From: Vicugna vicugna
Taxonomy: Eukaryota
Direction: 5' to 3'
Assembly (NCBI GenBank): GCA_013265495.1
Contig: MU058387.1
Location: 248,001 to 312,000 of the forward strand
DNA: 64,000 nt
Part shown: one piece after another, positions 36,111 through 48,543 of the stretch
How the letters are laid out: the number at the start of each line of letters is the position of its first letter
Numbering within the stretch: the stretch's first letter is position 1
Program-made: the position numbers and the translations under genes
The notes under the pieces: generated by a model
What the model saw: the letters and a program-made list of their open reading frames with translations, nothing else
Databases searched by the model: none
Told to the model about the DNA's origin: nothing

Positions 36111-37754
36111 GGCATCTGTAATACCACAGAACCACTCTTGTTACTTGTATGTATAGGTAGATGTTGTACCTGTTTACATGGGATGTTGTATATTATGTTT
36201 GCTAATGTATTTCTTACGTGTTTTACTCTGGGGGCTTAGGAGACAATGAAAGGAAATAGGAAACCTGTTTCTACCATCTTGTCTTGATTTGTACAAAAGA
36301 CCAAAAGCCATTAGGAAGCTTGCTCTGAAGTCGCATGCTTGGTACTTGCTTTGTCCCTGCAAATGTGTGTGTGCATTTTCCCCCCCTTCCTTGCCCTGTC
36401 CCCCAGGAGAACTGGCACACACGCTGTTTTAATTTTGAGTTATCACTAACATTTAAAAATATGGATGGTGCATGTAAAAATCTGGATTTCTGGCTTTATT
36501 TGAAATAGTGAAAGAGCTGGCAACACTCTTGAGCTCATATGGCCACGGTACCACAGTTCACTAAAGATAACAGTTCTTTCAGCGGAGTAGGGGCTCAGGT
36601 TTATCACCCTCTGCAAACACTTTCTTGTATTTCTCTCCTCATACTGAGGCTGGAGGTTTTAGAAAGAGAGGGCACAAAAGAATGACTGGAGATTGTTTTC
36701 AAATGCTAGATTTCTAGCCTTAATTATCCCTATTATAATTATCTTCAACCAAAAGTCCCTTACCCCTGACTTAAGAACTATTAGTCTATGGTTAGTAATT
36801 AACATCATTAACATTTCTTGAACTTGGCATCATCAATTAATTAAAGGTAAGGTTTTGTTCTCTTGGGAATTTAGTAAATTGCATATAATAACACTTGTGT
36901 GTATCTGCCAATGGAGTGAAAAAAAATTCTCTTCACAGAGAAGCAGGAGATGAGAGCTTCAAATAAGTTCTGCCTCTAACTGTCAAATCTGAGCAAGTCA
37001 CTTAACACCAAACTATTTCCTCACCAGTTAAAAAGGAATAATAAAAGAGACTACATAACCTTCCAGGGATGCCTTTGGTCTTAAAAAAAAATAAGACAGA
37101 TGGAATGCACATATTTTGGTGGGGAAGGGGAGGGGAGCTGGGAATCTTAAAAGTGTGCCTCGGATTCTGCTAGGTTTAGTCATGCTATTTGGATTTAAGA
37201 GCAGAATCAACACTAAGGAGCTTTACCAGTATCTTGGCTTGTGGAGCCCGTACTAAGCAAAACACTCAGGCTTCTCTGACTGCACCTAGACTCGGGTGCA
37301 CAGATCTTGCCAGACAAGATCAAAAAGATTTTCTTTTCACTTTTGTAGGCATAGTGCCATATACTTGGCCAGACAATTCCCCACCTCATCTTCTCCCCCC
37401 CACCCCCCCCTTTTTAGCTCTCTGTTTACTGTTTTGTTATTACAGAAAGATGGCAACATTCTAAGCCTAATGGATATGCGCTCATCCTGCAAACCCATCT
37501 CAAGGGGAAAATGCATGCATATGAACATTTAACAGGTATTTTTGAGCAATGTGTTCCTTCCGTCTGAAGCCAGACTTTTTAAAATAAGACAATGCTCTGA
37601 GTCCTAGAACTTGAGTAACTTTACATGATGGTACCGTGGGTTCTTTGGTCCTTTAGAGCATTAAGCGTTTAAAAGGAGGTCAGATGTCAAACTTGAGAAA
37701 GTAAGCATTTACCGTCTAGAGATAATTGTTAACCTGTTGTTGCTTTCATCAGGC

Positions 37755-38290
37755 TGTAGTGGATTAAAGTTGGCCCCAAATTCTTTGCTACTTATTCTTC
37801 TTAGAGGTGAGGCCAATTCCTCTTCCTCTTGAATTTGGGCTAATATGATGATTGGCTTTGGCTAACAGAATAGGGTTTTGATGTACGGAAGTGAAGCCAT
37901 GTTAACTCATGAGTCCAGGCCTGAAGCGATCTGACGTGTCTACTCTCATCCCCCCTGAGATGTTCCTCCTGGAAACTCAGTTACGATGCTCACTCACAAT
38001 GCTGTGAAGATGCCTGAGCAGCCACACAGAGAGGATCATGGGAGGACAACCGAGGCTCAGCCTAAACTCACAGCCGGTCACCAGCGCTGTCTGCCAGGTG
38101 TGTGAATGAGGCCAAACTGGACATCCCCGCCGTCCTGGTGCCCCAGCTGATATCACGTGAAGCAGGTGCTCTGCCGAGTTGGACTCTTCCCACATTTCTG
38201 CCCCCAGCATCCTGAACAAATAAAATCATTGTTGTTTTAGGCCACTCAGTTTCAGAGTAGTTTGTTACACAGCGATGGAAAACCGAAACG
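37755..38290 (+). mobile_element. MaLR solo LTR (MLT1F/G-like)
   Basis: Starts 'tgtagtggattaaagttggccccaaattctttgc' and ends 'ttgttttaggccactcagtttcagagtagtttgttacacagcgatggaaaacc'. Confidence 0.8.
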
Positions 38291-39723
38291 CTCCTCAAAG
38301 CGTTTTATTGGGGCTGCTGGGAAATTGGTTACAAGTGGCTTACTTTTATTTCCATAAACGTGTCGGCGATTAAGTTTTATGCTTCTGCCTGAAGGATGAC
38401 CACACATGGATGAGCCCGACATACTCTGCATTAAACTTAAGAATCTGACAGAGCTGATCCGAGGAACTCTTGAATTATAGAGGATATTTGCTTTCATTTA
38501 CTCCATCTTTGAAAAGGCATGCTTTTGTTCTCATGTGAACTAGTTCGTTTTGAGGCAAGGGTGTGTGGAGGAGGGGCCAGCTCACTCATTTCCAAAGAGT
38601 CACTCATTTGCAATGGTCCTCTCGGGGTCCATCTACAGTAGCAATGCTAGGACAAGCAAATCAGAGGAGCAGTTAATGAAACAAAGAGCCTCATTAGTTA
38701 TCTCCTGTCTGAAACGTGTTCAGTCCACGCGAAGGAATTCAAAGCCCAGCAAAGGTGGGCAGCAGCTCTGTGAACTCACATGTTCTTTATTTGCAGCCAG
38801 TAAATGACTCACATCATTATCTTTTCTTTTATATGAACATTTCAATTGAGAATAAAACACACAGGGGGTGCAGGCAGACCTTCAGGATGTAACTTTTTTT
38901 TTTTCCCCTAAAACATAGTATTTCCAGCCTACATCATGGCATCTGCGTTCACCAACTCAAAGCATAACTTGGCAGGGAACACAAACACATTCACTGAAGC
39001 AGACGAAGCCACAAGCAGGAACAGGCTGATTTCAAAGCAGGGTTTTCAGTTAATGGGTGTCTTTGGCGCAATGTTGACATCTACGTCCTAGCGGAAACTG
39101 TGGCTTTGAAATTACTTAGCTCCCCTACTGGTGTAAACGATTTTACTCTGCAAAACCGTCAGAGTGACAGTGGCTTCAGGTATGAACTAAGCCCTGTGAA
39201 CAGTGAAAAGTAGCATCATTTTATTAACCAGAAGGCTGCGGCGCAGACACTTGACAAAATGAGTTGGTGCTCACAGCCAGAGCCAGCTCGGGATGCTTGT
39301 AACAATTCAGATTCTTCTAGTCTGTCTATTAAATCTCAAAAAGTGCTCTCCAATCAATCATTTCCCACTCAACGTCGTACAGTCACTGGTTGACGACTGT
39401 AAATAACTTTCTTATTATTTCTTCCTTCTACCAAGTGAAAAGCATTTTAACCTCTCCAGCCTGGGGGCTGAAATGCTCTTAACTTTCATCATCAACAAGA
39501 CTGAAGTTGAAATCAAGGGTATAATTAGTCTTGAGTAATGCTTTCATTATAAAGTAAATTATGACATCCAACGAGAGAAAGAAAAGCTCAGCCTAGTTTT
39601 TACTTTTTTATGTTTTTAATTTGTTAATAAAGAATTGAATAAAAAAATCATATTCAGATCCACCACAGCACTTAATTGCATAGCTTAGGAACGCTTACAT
39701 TTGAGAATTTATAAACCACATAA

Positions 39724-39945
39724 CTTTTCTGAGCATCTGCTATGCACCAATTGTCTTACGTGCTCCCCTATTCATTCCTACTCAGAACTCTCTTACTTAG
39801 AAATTGTATTTGTCTTTTCTTACAGTTGAAGAAACTGAAGCTTAGCAAGTTCAAGCAGCTTGGTGGAATTACTGTCAGTAAAGGACAGAGTTGGGATTTG
39901 AACCCAGACCTCACTGAGTCCAGTCTCATGGACCTAAACCTTATA
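39724..39945 (-). mobile_element. MIR SINE
   Basis: 'ttacagttgaagaaactgaagcttagcaagttcaagcagcttg...gggatttgaacccag'. Confidence 0.75.
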
Positions 39946-40569
39946 TTTGCTCTCTTCCCATTGCTGGCACTGACTGTAAACCACTCACTTCTCCAAGTTC
40001 AGTTAGTAAGGGAGAGCATCGCTATTTTCCACCTAAGTTAAAAATTAAAAAGATCACCAATTGCTTAGGAAAACTTTAAGGTATCTGGTCACGAGTGATT
40101 CTAGAAGGAAATCCTAAATTCACCGAGAGTGAGGCACTGAGTAATTTGGAGACATCAGACTTTGGAAGTTCAGTCTCAATGACTATTGCAGCCACAGAGT
40201 GACTATAGGGGAACACAGATGTATTTTCTTGTCTTTTCACGATTTCACGTGGAAATGCCATGTGAGGGCTGACGCCTGCTGCCGGCATTCCCACAGACAC
40301 TGACTCCAGGTCCCATTGCGACGCTGCAGGCGAGACATCACTCTAACAAGCAGCCACGTGGCGCCATGGAGATGCCGGCCTCCCAATCCCCAAGGCTAAG
40401 AGCCACTTCTGTGTTTGACATCATCATTATTTAGGCTTGGATATTGTCAGAATGATGGAATTAATCTGGGGAAAATTCAGCTGGGCACACCAGGAATCCT
40501 AGCATCTTTAGGCACTTCAAAGGAAGCAAATAGAGCGGTTTTGTGAAACCTGACCCACCTGGTGATTTG

Positions 40570-40614
40570 TGCATGTGTGTGGGTGTGTGTACGTGTGTGT
40601 GTGTGTGTGTGTGT
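40570..40614. repeat. (TG)n microsatellite
   Basis: Directly visible, interrupted. Confidence 0.85.
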
Positions 40615-42339
40615 CTCAAGTGGAACACTTGTCCTTATTTGCCCTTTTAATTGCGTCTCATCAGCAGTATGAGCTGTTGTTCACCAGCCTCTTCTTATTG
40701 TCACTGCCTGGAAGTAGAGCATCCAGCTGGCAGTTTCTAGCACTTGCTGTTTATAACCAGAGTTACATTTGCTCTTTGATGAGAGACAAAAAAAAAAAAA
40801 AAAAAAGAATGATATGAGGGAAACTAGTAACTGCAAAGAAGGGCTATTTATTTTGGTGAGAGAATATAGCCCGGTCCTTAATGAGCAGTCAAGGTTGAGG
40901 GTCCTAGAACCTTTGTTAAGAGTGTATAATAGGATGTTTATTCTCCTATGCTGCACATCGACATGATTTTACTGTATTCTCATTCCTTATCCTTAATCTC
41001 AAGATTAAGAGGGCCTGGCTTGCCTCTGTATTATCTAACTCCATCACCCAACCACTGAATTTGTCTCCATCGGCACCCCATCCTCACCCCAAAGCGCACA
41101 CGTGAAACAGTATCAGTGAGCATCAGTGAGCACTGACTTTACCTGGGGCAGTCTGCAGCTGCAGGGCTTGCTAGGGTACCTTCCCCGCTGCTACAGTTCC
41201 TTTGCTTTAGGTGAAATTCAGTTCTACGATCATCGAGATATACTTTTGCTCAGTGCTTGAGGTGTGGGTTTAAGTACTCAAAATCCAAAATGTCAACCTA
41301 CAGATTAATAACTCATGAAATGAAGGGGAAAAAAAATAAACTTGGCACAAAATAGGAATTCCAAAAATACATGTACAGAATGGATGGCTTTGTCAATGAA
41401 CAAATAGGAAACTGTCCTCATTCTTCTCTGATACAGGGAAAGGATGAATTCAAAAAGGAAAAAATGGATACTTTTGCAAACTAGTTCTGGAAGAACAGAG
41501 AGCCAGCTGGATAGGGGTGGGGGGTAGGGGGTGGTCTAGGAGATGAGCATAATGGGGATACCTGGGGCGCCTTGTGATTAGACCGATCTGACTCAGTATT
41601 CCAGCGAGTGTAGACTATCTCTAATAATGGTACTTGAATAGATAAATCAACTAGGTGTTTGTGAAACAATAAGCAAAACTTTTCTGTTTAAATGGGTTTT
41701 TCCAACTTTAAAAGGTCGTACAGAAGTAAGTGGCCCGGTGCCGTAATACTTAAAAAAGCTGCCACCTTGCCGTGGGTTGTCAACCATTTGTTTCTATAGA
41801 GTTTTACTAATTTCGATGAGCTCATGTATTTTTTTCTCAGATGACTCTCAAGTAACACAGTGATATAAGCTGTACAAACACGTATATCCTGTAATACAGA
41901 TGAGGAAACCAGGGGTCAAGAACTTTGGAAATAATAGGTTGTATCTGGTTTCAGTAACAGGGAAAATATGAGTTGTATTCTACTCTTGGTTAATAGGATA
42001 CCAGGTGATGGGAAGTAAATTAGCCCTTTGAAGTGCCTGAGGGTACTTTAAACACAGAGATTTTTGCAACTGGATGTTGAGAGCCACAATAAAATAAAAT
42101 AAATGATGACGGGTTGGATCTGAACGTCAAGGTGTTCCTTCCAAGGAGTTCATTAGTTGAGAATGAAACAAAAATACAAATGTTTGCCCCCCTTAAAATG
42201 TACGTTAGACTGTCTTCCACTTAAAACCTATAAAGTTTTCTCAACTCAATCAGAGTAAAAGTCAATGTCCTCCAGATTGGCTGCTTCTTACCCTCCTGAC
42301 TTGCTGTTCCGTTAGTCTCTATTTATGTGAGTGCTGTTT

Positions 42340-42790
42340 TGTGATGGTTATTCTCATGTGTCAACTTAACAGGGCTAAGGGATGCCCAGATAGCTGATAA
42401 AGCCTATTTCTGGGTGCCGTGGTGAGATACTTCTTGATTCGATTCAGAAGACTTGAGTAAAGAAGGTCTGCTTTCACCAGTGTGGGTGGGCATCTTCTAA
42501 TCTGTTGAGGACCCCAAAACAAGAAAAAAGGGAAGAAAGGGTGAATTTTCCCTTCTTTTCTCTTTTCGAGATGGAAAGTCCATCTTTTCCTGTCCTTGGA
42601 CATGGAGATTCTAGGCTTTTGAACCCTGGGACTTATACTAGTGACCCTCTGATTCTCAGGTCTTTCACACTCAGAATGAATTACTCCACCAATCTCCTGG
42701 TTCCTCAGCTTGCAGACATAGACGGTGGGACTTTCTCAGCCTCCATAACCATGTGAGCCAATTCCTATAATAAATTTCCTCTTGTATACA

Positions 42791-42848
<58 letters not shown>

Positions 42849-42930
42849 GATATCTATATGTACACACATATATATACCTAATTAACACAAGTGCCAAGCA
42901 GTTACATTAATTAGTTACCTAATTAATACA
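42340..42930 (+). mobile_element. ERVL LTR (MLT2B-like) with internal (TATC)n
   Basis: 'tgtgatggttattctcatgtgtcaactt...gggatgcccagatagctg' and 'ctcagcctccataaccatgtgagccaattcctataataaat'. (TATC)n at about 42791-42848; ends 'taataca'. Confidence 0.85.
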
Positions 42931-43140
42931 AGTGCCAAGCAGTTACAAATACTAACTCATTAAATTTCATAGCAACCTAATCAAGTAGGTATAATTATTA
43001 TCCTCATTTTATAGATGAGGAAATTGAGGCTCAAAGCAATTAAGAAAGTTGCTTGAGGTCATACAACAAGTGACTGGTTGACAGAGGCACTGGCATTCTG
43101 TCCCCAGAATCTTCTCCATGGACCTGACAATACTGTCTCT
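42931..43140 (-). mobile_element. MIR SINE (split by the MLT2 LTR)
   Basis: 'attatcctcattttatagatgaggaaattgaggctcaaagcaattaagaaagttgcttgaggtcatac'. Confidence 0.8.
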
Positions 43141-43149
43141 CCAGCAGTG

Positions 43150-43565
43150 AACCCCTCCAGCAACACGGGCCTTCTTGCTGCTCATCAGACATCACAGGCT
43201 GCTCCCATCTCAACTCCAGCTCCTTCTGCTTGGCAAGCCCTAGCCTTTATATACCTTGTTGGATCATTCTCTTCTTCTTCATGTCTTTGTCTCTATGATG
43301 TCTTTTTATTATTATTATTCTAGTTGAAATAGAAATTTCTATCTCTTTTTTCCTTAGTAGGTCTCCCTAACCCCCTGAAGTGCTTTATTTAAGTAATAGC
43401 TCTTATCACCTCAGACACTGTAATTATTTTAAAATTAATCTGTTCTCTGCCTGTCTCCCAGCAAATAGAATGTAGTTTCAAGTAGACAGGATCAATTCAT
43501 GGTTGTATCACTGGTACCTACATTGTACATTGTAGGCATTCAGATGTTAGTTGAATGAATCAATG
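43150..43565 (+). mobile_element. L2 3' part (probably continues the fragment at about 42225-42325)
   Basis: 'ctccagcaacacgggccttcttgctg', 'tctgcctgtctccc...agaatgtagtttc' and terminal 'gtaggcattcagatgttagttgaatgaat'. Confidence 0.7.
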
Positions 43566-46500
43566 GACTTGTTGAAATCACTGCAGATGTCTCTCAGAAA
43601 TTCTGATTCCGTAGGGCAGAGGCTGGCCATATATGCCTGAGTTGAAAAAAAAATAGAACGAAACTTGAACTCGGGTGGTTCCTGAGACAAGTGATTTACA
43701 ATGTTGTAAAATTTTGCATTAAGGTGAAAAAACAATATTTTGGAAAAACAACTGTCAACTCTAGTAAATTTTTTATATTTCTAATTTTGATTTTCTTATG
43801 TAGTATTTTTAATTGGCATCAGATATAAAGAATATCAATGTAATACTGAAGTTAGAACACTAGGGATAAGATTTACTAGAGAGAATATATTCCAAGTACT
43901 AGTTGTATTGAGTAAGATCTAGTTACCTCTCAAAATATCCTTGAATATCAATATAAATACACAAAATTTCTTAGTACCACCCTGTCATATAGACTAAAAG
44001 TTAACTCCATTTAGTGACTGTCTGATAAGAACTTATATTCCTATAACTTGAGTGCAACTAATGAATTTGCAGTTTAAATTTCAAGTGAGAAATCCATGTT
44101 GTTTGAAATTGTTTGTAATTATGTAAACTCACATTCAGATTTTCCCAAAACCTATGCGACAAACTTGGCTGAAAATGTAATCAAAAGAATACGCTAGCAA
44201 GGATGAGAAAAAAAATATTTGGGGAAAACGAAAAAAAAAATGAATGGGATTAGAGACTGGGCAGTCTAAGGAAGAATATCAAGAATTAGGAATATTAATA
44301 GCTGAGTTTCCCTTAATATTGTCTGAACACAATTGAAGTTTACTTCATCAATATTCAGATACTTAAGACTGTATAAAATTAGGATATGACCCACCTACTA
44401 GACCGAGAATGAAGTTGCTAAATGGTCAGCAAGAGCATGGAAAAATGGTTTCAACCGTTATAGAGTTAAAACAGTTACAAACACCATTACAGTATCAGAT
44501 GGGCACATATGACAATAGGGTCCTGCTCAGTTACGTATATGTACATATACATGTGTAGTGAGTGAGTGTGTGTGTACACACATACACCCACACACAGACA
44601 CACAAATGAGTGAATATGTTGTCATTTCTCCATCAGTAAAATGAGACATTGGATTTACAGTGTCTGTATGTTTTCAGCTCTAAAATCTTACCCTGGCTGA
44701 TTTATTACAATGTCCATTCTGTTAGTCAAGACTCTTCACATTCCTTCCGTGTATCAGTTTAGTAATAATGTTCACAATGTTGATCCGGAGGCATTTCAAG
44801 GCACAGCATTTCTTTGGAATTATCATGAAAACATTAAAGTTTTATTCAGTAGAACTTGTATGTATGTCCATGGTAATGAAAAATCTTTGTTTAAGGATAT
44901 GGAATCATTTAATAGCTAAAATATGCAACTTTATAGCTATAATGGATAAAAGACAAATGTCTATAGTAGTTATCACTTACCTCAAAAGAAATCTTTAGGA
45001 GAGGGGACTAGGAAGACTGTGTTGGCTTTGAGTGAAACACTCTCTACACATGTTCGCACTCTAACTGATTAGAAGCTGAGAATGACAGCTTATCTGCATC
45101 AGATACTTCAGAGGGTCAATGGACGTGCTAAAGGTTTTGTTTTTCAGTCCTGGTTATAAACATATGTGTTAGGCATCATGAATGCCTCCACTTCCCGAGG
45201 AAATTGAGCCTTAAAATTATTTAAGTCGTCTCATGGTTGGTAGGTGGGTGTCCGTGTATTGCATCTATCTCTGTCCAATGCAGAAGGACATGGTCTCAGT
45301 GACAAGCTACCTGTGTCTGATGCTTGGAAACCACCAGAATCTGAAGGACACAGTCACCTAGAAGTTCACAAGTCATCCAGAGTTTGGTAGCAAGCATCTG
45401 GAAGAACTGATGGGCTTTTCCAAATTTTACTTGATCCTTGGCTTCTTGAAAGCCAAGCCCGAGAGACTCCATTAGCCCAGTTAGACCATCACTCTGCCTT
45501 TGAGGAGGAAACTGAAGTGTTCTCAGAAGGAAGACTCTACCACCTGACTCACCTTGGCTCTTCAAAGCAGTTGTGTGAGGAGCCATGCCAGTCTCCTGAA
45601 GGATCTGGTGCTCAGACAGTCACTGTGGAATGGAAAGGATGCTTCGCGTGGGCTGGTCAACTACATGCATTGTGTGCAGACACACGCTTTCTCCTGGAGT
45701 ACTTTCCCAAATGATCTCTTACTTTTGTTTGAAAAAGGTAACATATACACTGTTCTACAGAATTCATTTTCCCCTTAAAACTTAGGAAGTTTTACCAACC
45801 AGAGGTGTTTGAAGGAAAGGTCATTCTGTGAAAGAAATAATGTTCCCTTGAAAGATTTTTTTTTCCAAATTCTTTATTGTAGAAAAAGCTCATTGAGCAC
45901 TAGTTTCTGTCTAAAGAAATCAAGCTTCTATAGCTTAATGAATTCAAATGTGGTACAGGACACTCCGAGACATTTTAAGATCCATTAGGTTTTCAAGCCT
46001 GTCCTTCTGTAGCCTACTTTAAATTCTCTCTGCTAGGTGATTAAAAGTAACATTTAATAACAGGTCAGTTGGCAAGTAATTATTTAGCACCCACAGGGTG
46101 CAGAGTTCTATTCAAAATGCTCAGATGTAAAACCTTTAAAGTTACATAATAGGAAGGGAGACAATAATGTCTTTTTCTCTGAGCATGGGAACAATATTCA
46201 GTCCTATTTTCTCCCATATTTGGGGAAGATAGGCTGTCAAAAATTATGCAAAAAGTTAATAATAACTTACCTTTTTGTGATACTCTCTTCTTTGTCAAAT
46301 TTCTTTTAAATTCTGTTGTAGGATCAGAACACTGTTTCTATGGGGTAGAGAATGCATTATGTTCTTATATTTCAAATGAGGAAACTGAGGCCCAGAATGA
46401 TAAGATAACTTTTAAATACACAAGTGCATCCCCTGGACAGAAATCTCCTAATCCACAATATCCTACTCATGTATCTTAATCTAGTTCATTCTTACTCAGT

Positions 46501-46599
46501 CTTCAGTTTGCTGAAGTCCATAAGATGAGATCAGATCTCCTCTGTTGTAAGTTTCTTAATTCTCTGCATTTTAAAAGTATTGATCATTGTGAGTAAAAT

Positions 46600-46900
46600 T
46601 TGAGTTCACATGATTAAGCTCCGTATAAATGACCGGAATACCAGGGCAGGGATCATCTTTTATATTTTGCTTACTATTGCTTCTCAGTGCCTAGCATAGA
46701 ACTTGAAACATTGTGAGAGTTTAATAAATACGGTTTGAATGTTAAAAAAACGGTTTTTTTGGCTCCATGACTTGCACTCCAGTTGGGTTGCAAGTTACTC
46801 GAAGGCATAAATGTCTGTTTTATCTGTTGTATTGCCAGTCTCACCGGGTTCAGCACATTGAAAATGCTCAGTAAATGTTTGTTTAATGAGTGAATGAATG
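46600..46900 (+). mobile_element. L2 3' end fragments
   Basis: 'cagtgcctagcatag...tttaataaatacggtttgaatg' and 'atgctcagtaaatgtttgtttaatgagtgaatgaatg'. Confidence 0.6.
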
Positions 46901-47897
46901 CTGGAGGTATTTCTCACATATGACACCCTAGTAACCCTTATCAGGAGGGGACGTGTGGCAAACTTGTTTGTGGTAAATTTCCACCGATGGCTATTATTTC
47001 ATTCTGGTTTGTTTGTTTGTTTGTTTGTTTTAGTTGGAAACATATGAAATTATCTTTGTTGTAGACAAAAACTGTTAAACACAATCAGCTTCATATGATG
47101 CATCAACCTAATAATTTCTACCATCAGCTTAACCTGTTATGGTATATTTGCCAATAAAATAGAGAAACATATGCTATGCATTTGTTAAAATTCTAGGATT
47201 ATAGAGTGAGAAACTGGATGAGGAGGGGAACTCCAATGCACCAGTAGGTTCTGTTATCATATTTTTATTAAAATAGATCAGTCTCGGCACAGTTAAACTT
47301 AGATCTGAACTTCCTGATGAGTAAAGATGAGAAAGAAAAGCATGGTAGATTCAGACTCATCTCAGTGACCAAGTTTAAATGCTTACAATCCACCCAATTA
47401 ATGATCAATTATAAAATGTTGTGATGTCTAAGCATTAAGTTCTACCTCCATAGCCTTTCCATTCCATTGGATTTTCTCCCAGGAACCAGGACTTTGGCTC
47501 CACTCATAAACAAAATACGGAACTTGTGGTCATTTTCTAGATCTATGAGTATTATCAAAAGTGTTCTATCGGGAAGTAGATTTATTTCCAGATGAGACGA
47601 TCTAGCTTCACTCTCCATGTGTATGACATTCACCAGATAACTTTGAAATTCTGTTTTGGCTCATGATCTTCAGTCAAATATTTAAACATAGCTAGAAAAC
47701 ACCCCCTGGCCTTCACGGACCCAGTGTGCTAATGTACAGTTTTACTTGCTTCTCTCAGTATTCCCGCTAATTTTCTTCCCACCTTTTCACTAACAGTTAC
47801 ACTGATCTGTTCCTCCCAAGAAGATTTAAACCCTCTAATTCCAATCTCCTCCCAAGATGCAATTTACAATAAGATGTTGAAAGAGACGGGATGCTTT

Positions 47898-47994
47898 TTT
47901 TTCCTTTTATTTATTTAATGGCAGTATCAGGAATTGAACCCATGACCTTGTGCATGCTAAGCACGCACGCTACCACTGAGCTATTTCCCTCCCC
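47898..47994 (-). mobile_element. tRNA-derived SINE, camelid Vic-1-like
   Basis: Reverse complement reads ggggagggaaatagctcagtggtagcgtgcgtgcttagcatgcacaaggtcatgggttcaattcctgatactgcc plus an A tail. TSD aaagagacgggatgcttt (47880-47897) / aaagatgtgggatgcttt (47998-48015). Confidence 0.85.
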
Positions 47995-48114
47995 TCTAAA
48001 GATGTGGGATGCTTTATAATTTTTATATTTTCTAAAAAAATGTATATGTCTTGGAATAATCAGACATAAAAGAGGCTCAAGAAAAAAGGAGGGAAAAACC
48101 CTCCTCGATGGGAG

Positions 48115-48543
48115 TGTATTGAGTTAAACAATGTCTTCCCAAAATCACACCCACTCAAATATCTGTGACTGTGAACTTATTTGGAAATCAAATTTTTGCT
48201 GATATAATGAAGTGAATATGAGGTCATACTGAACTAGGATGAACCCAAAAGCAATGACTGTCATTCTTAAAAAAAAGAGGGTGATTTGGGCACTGATCAC
48301 ATTGAGGAAAGATGGTCACGGAAAGACAAAAGCAGAGATTAGAGTTAGGTTTCACTAGCCAAGGAACATCAAGGATTTCCACGACCATCCCAATCTAGAA
48401 GAGGAAGGGGAGGGTTCTATCCTGGCCTGGCAGACACGGATTTCAGACTTCTGGCCCCCAGGAATGGGAAAGAATACATTTCTGTTGTTTTAAGCCATCA
48501 AATTTGAGGTAATTTGTTATAATGGTTTTAGGAAACTAATAGA
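48115..48543 (+). mobile_element. MaLR solo LTR (MLT1B/C-like)
   Basis: 'tgtgaacttatttggaaat', 'gatttcagacttctggcccccagga' and 'tttctgttgttttaagccatc...aggaaactaat'. Confidence 0.85.

Noticed and set aside
48087..48105. Hairpin aggaggg-aaaaa-ccctcct
   Set aside because: Seven-bp arms are expected by chance in 64 kb.
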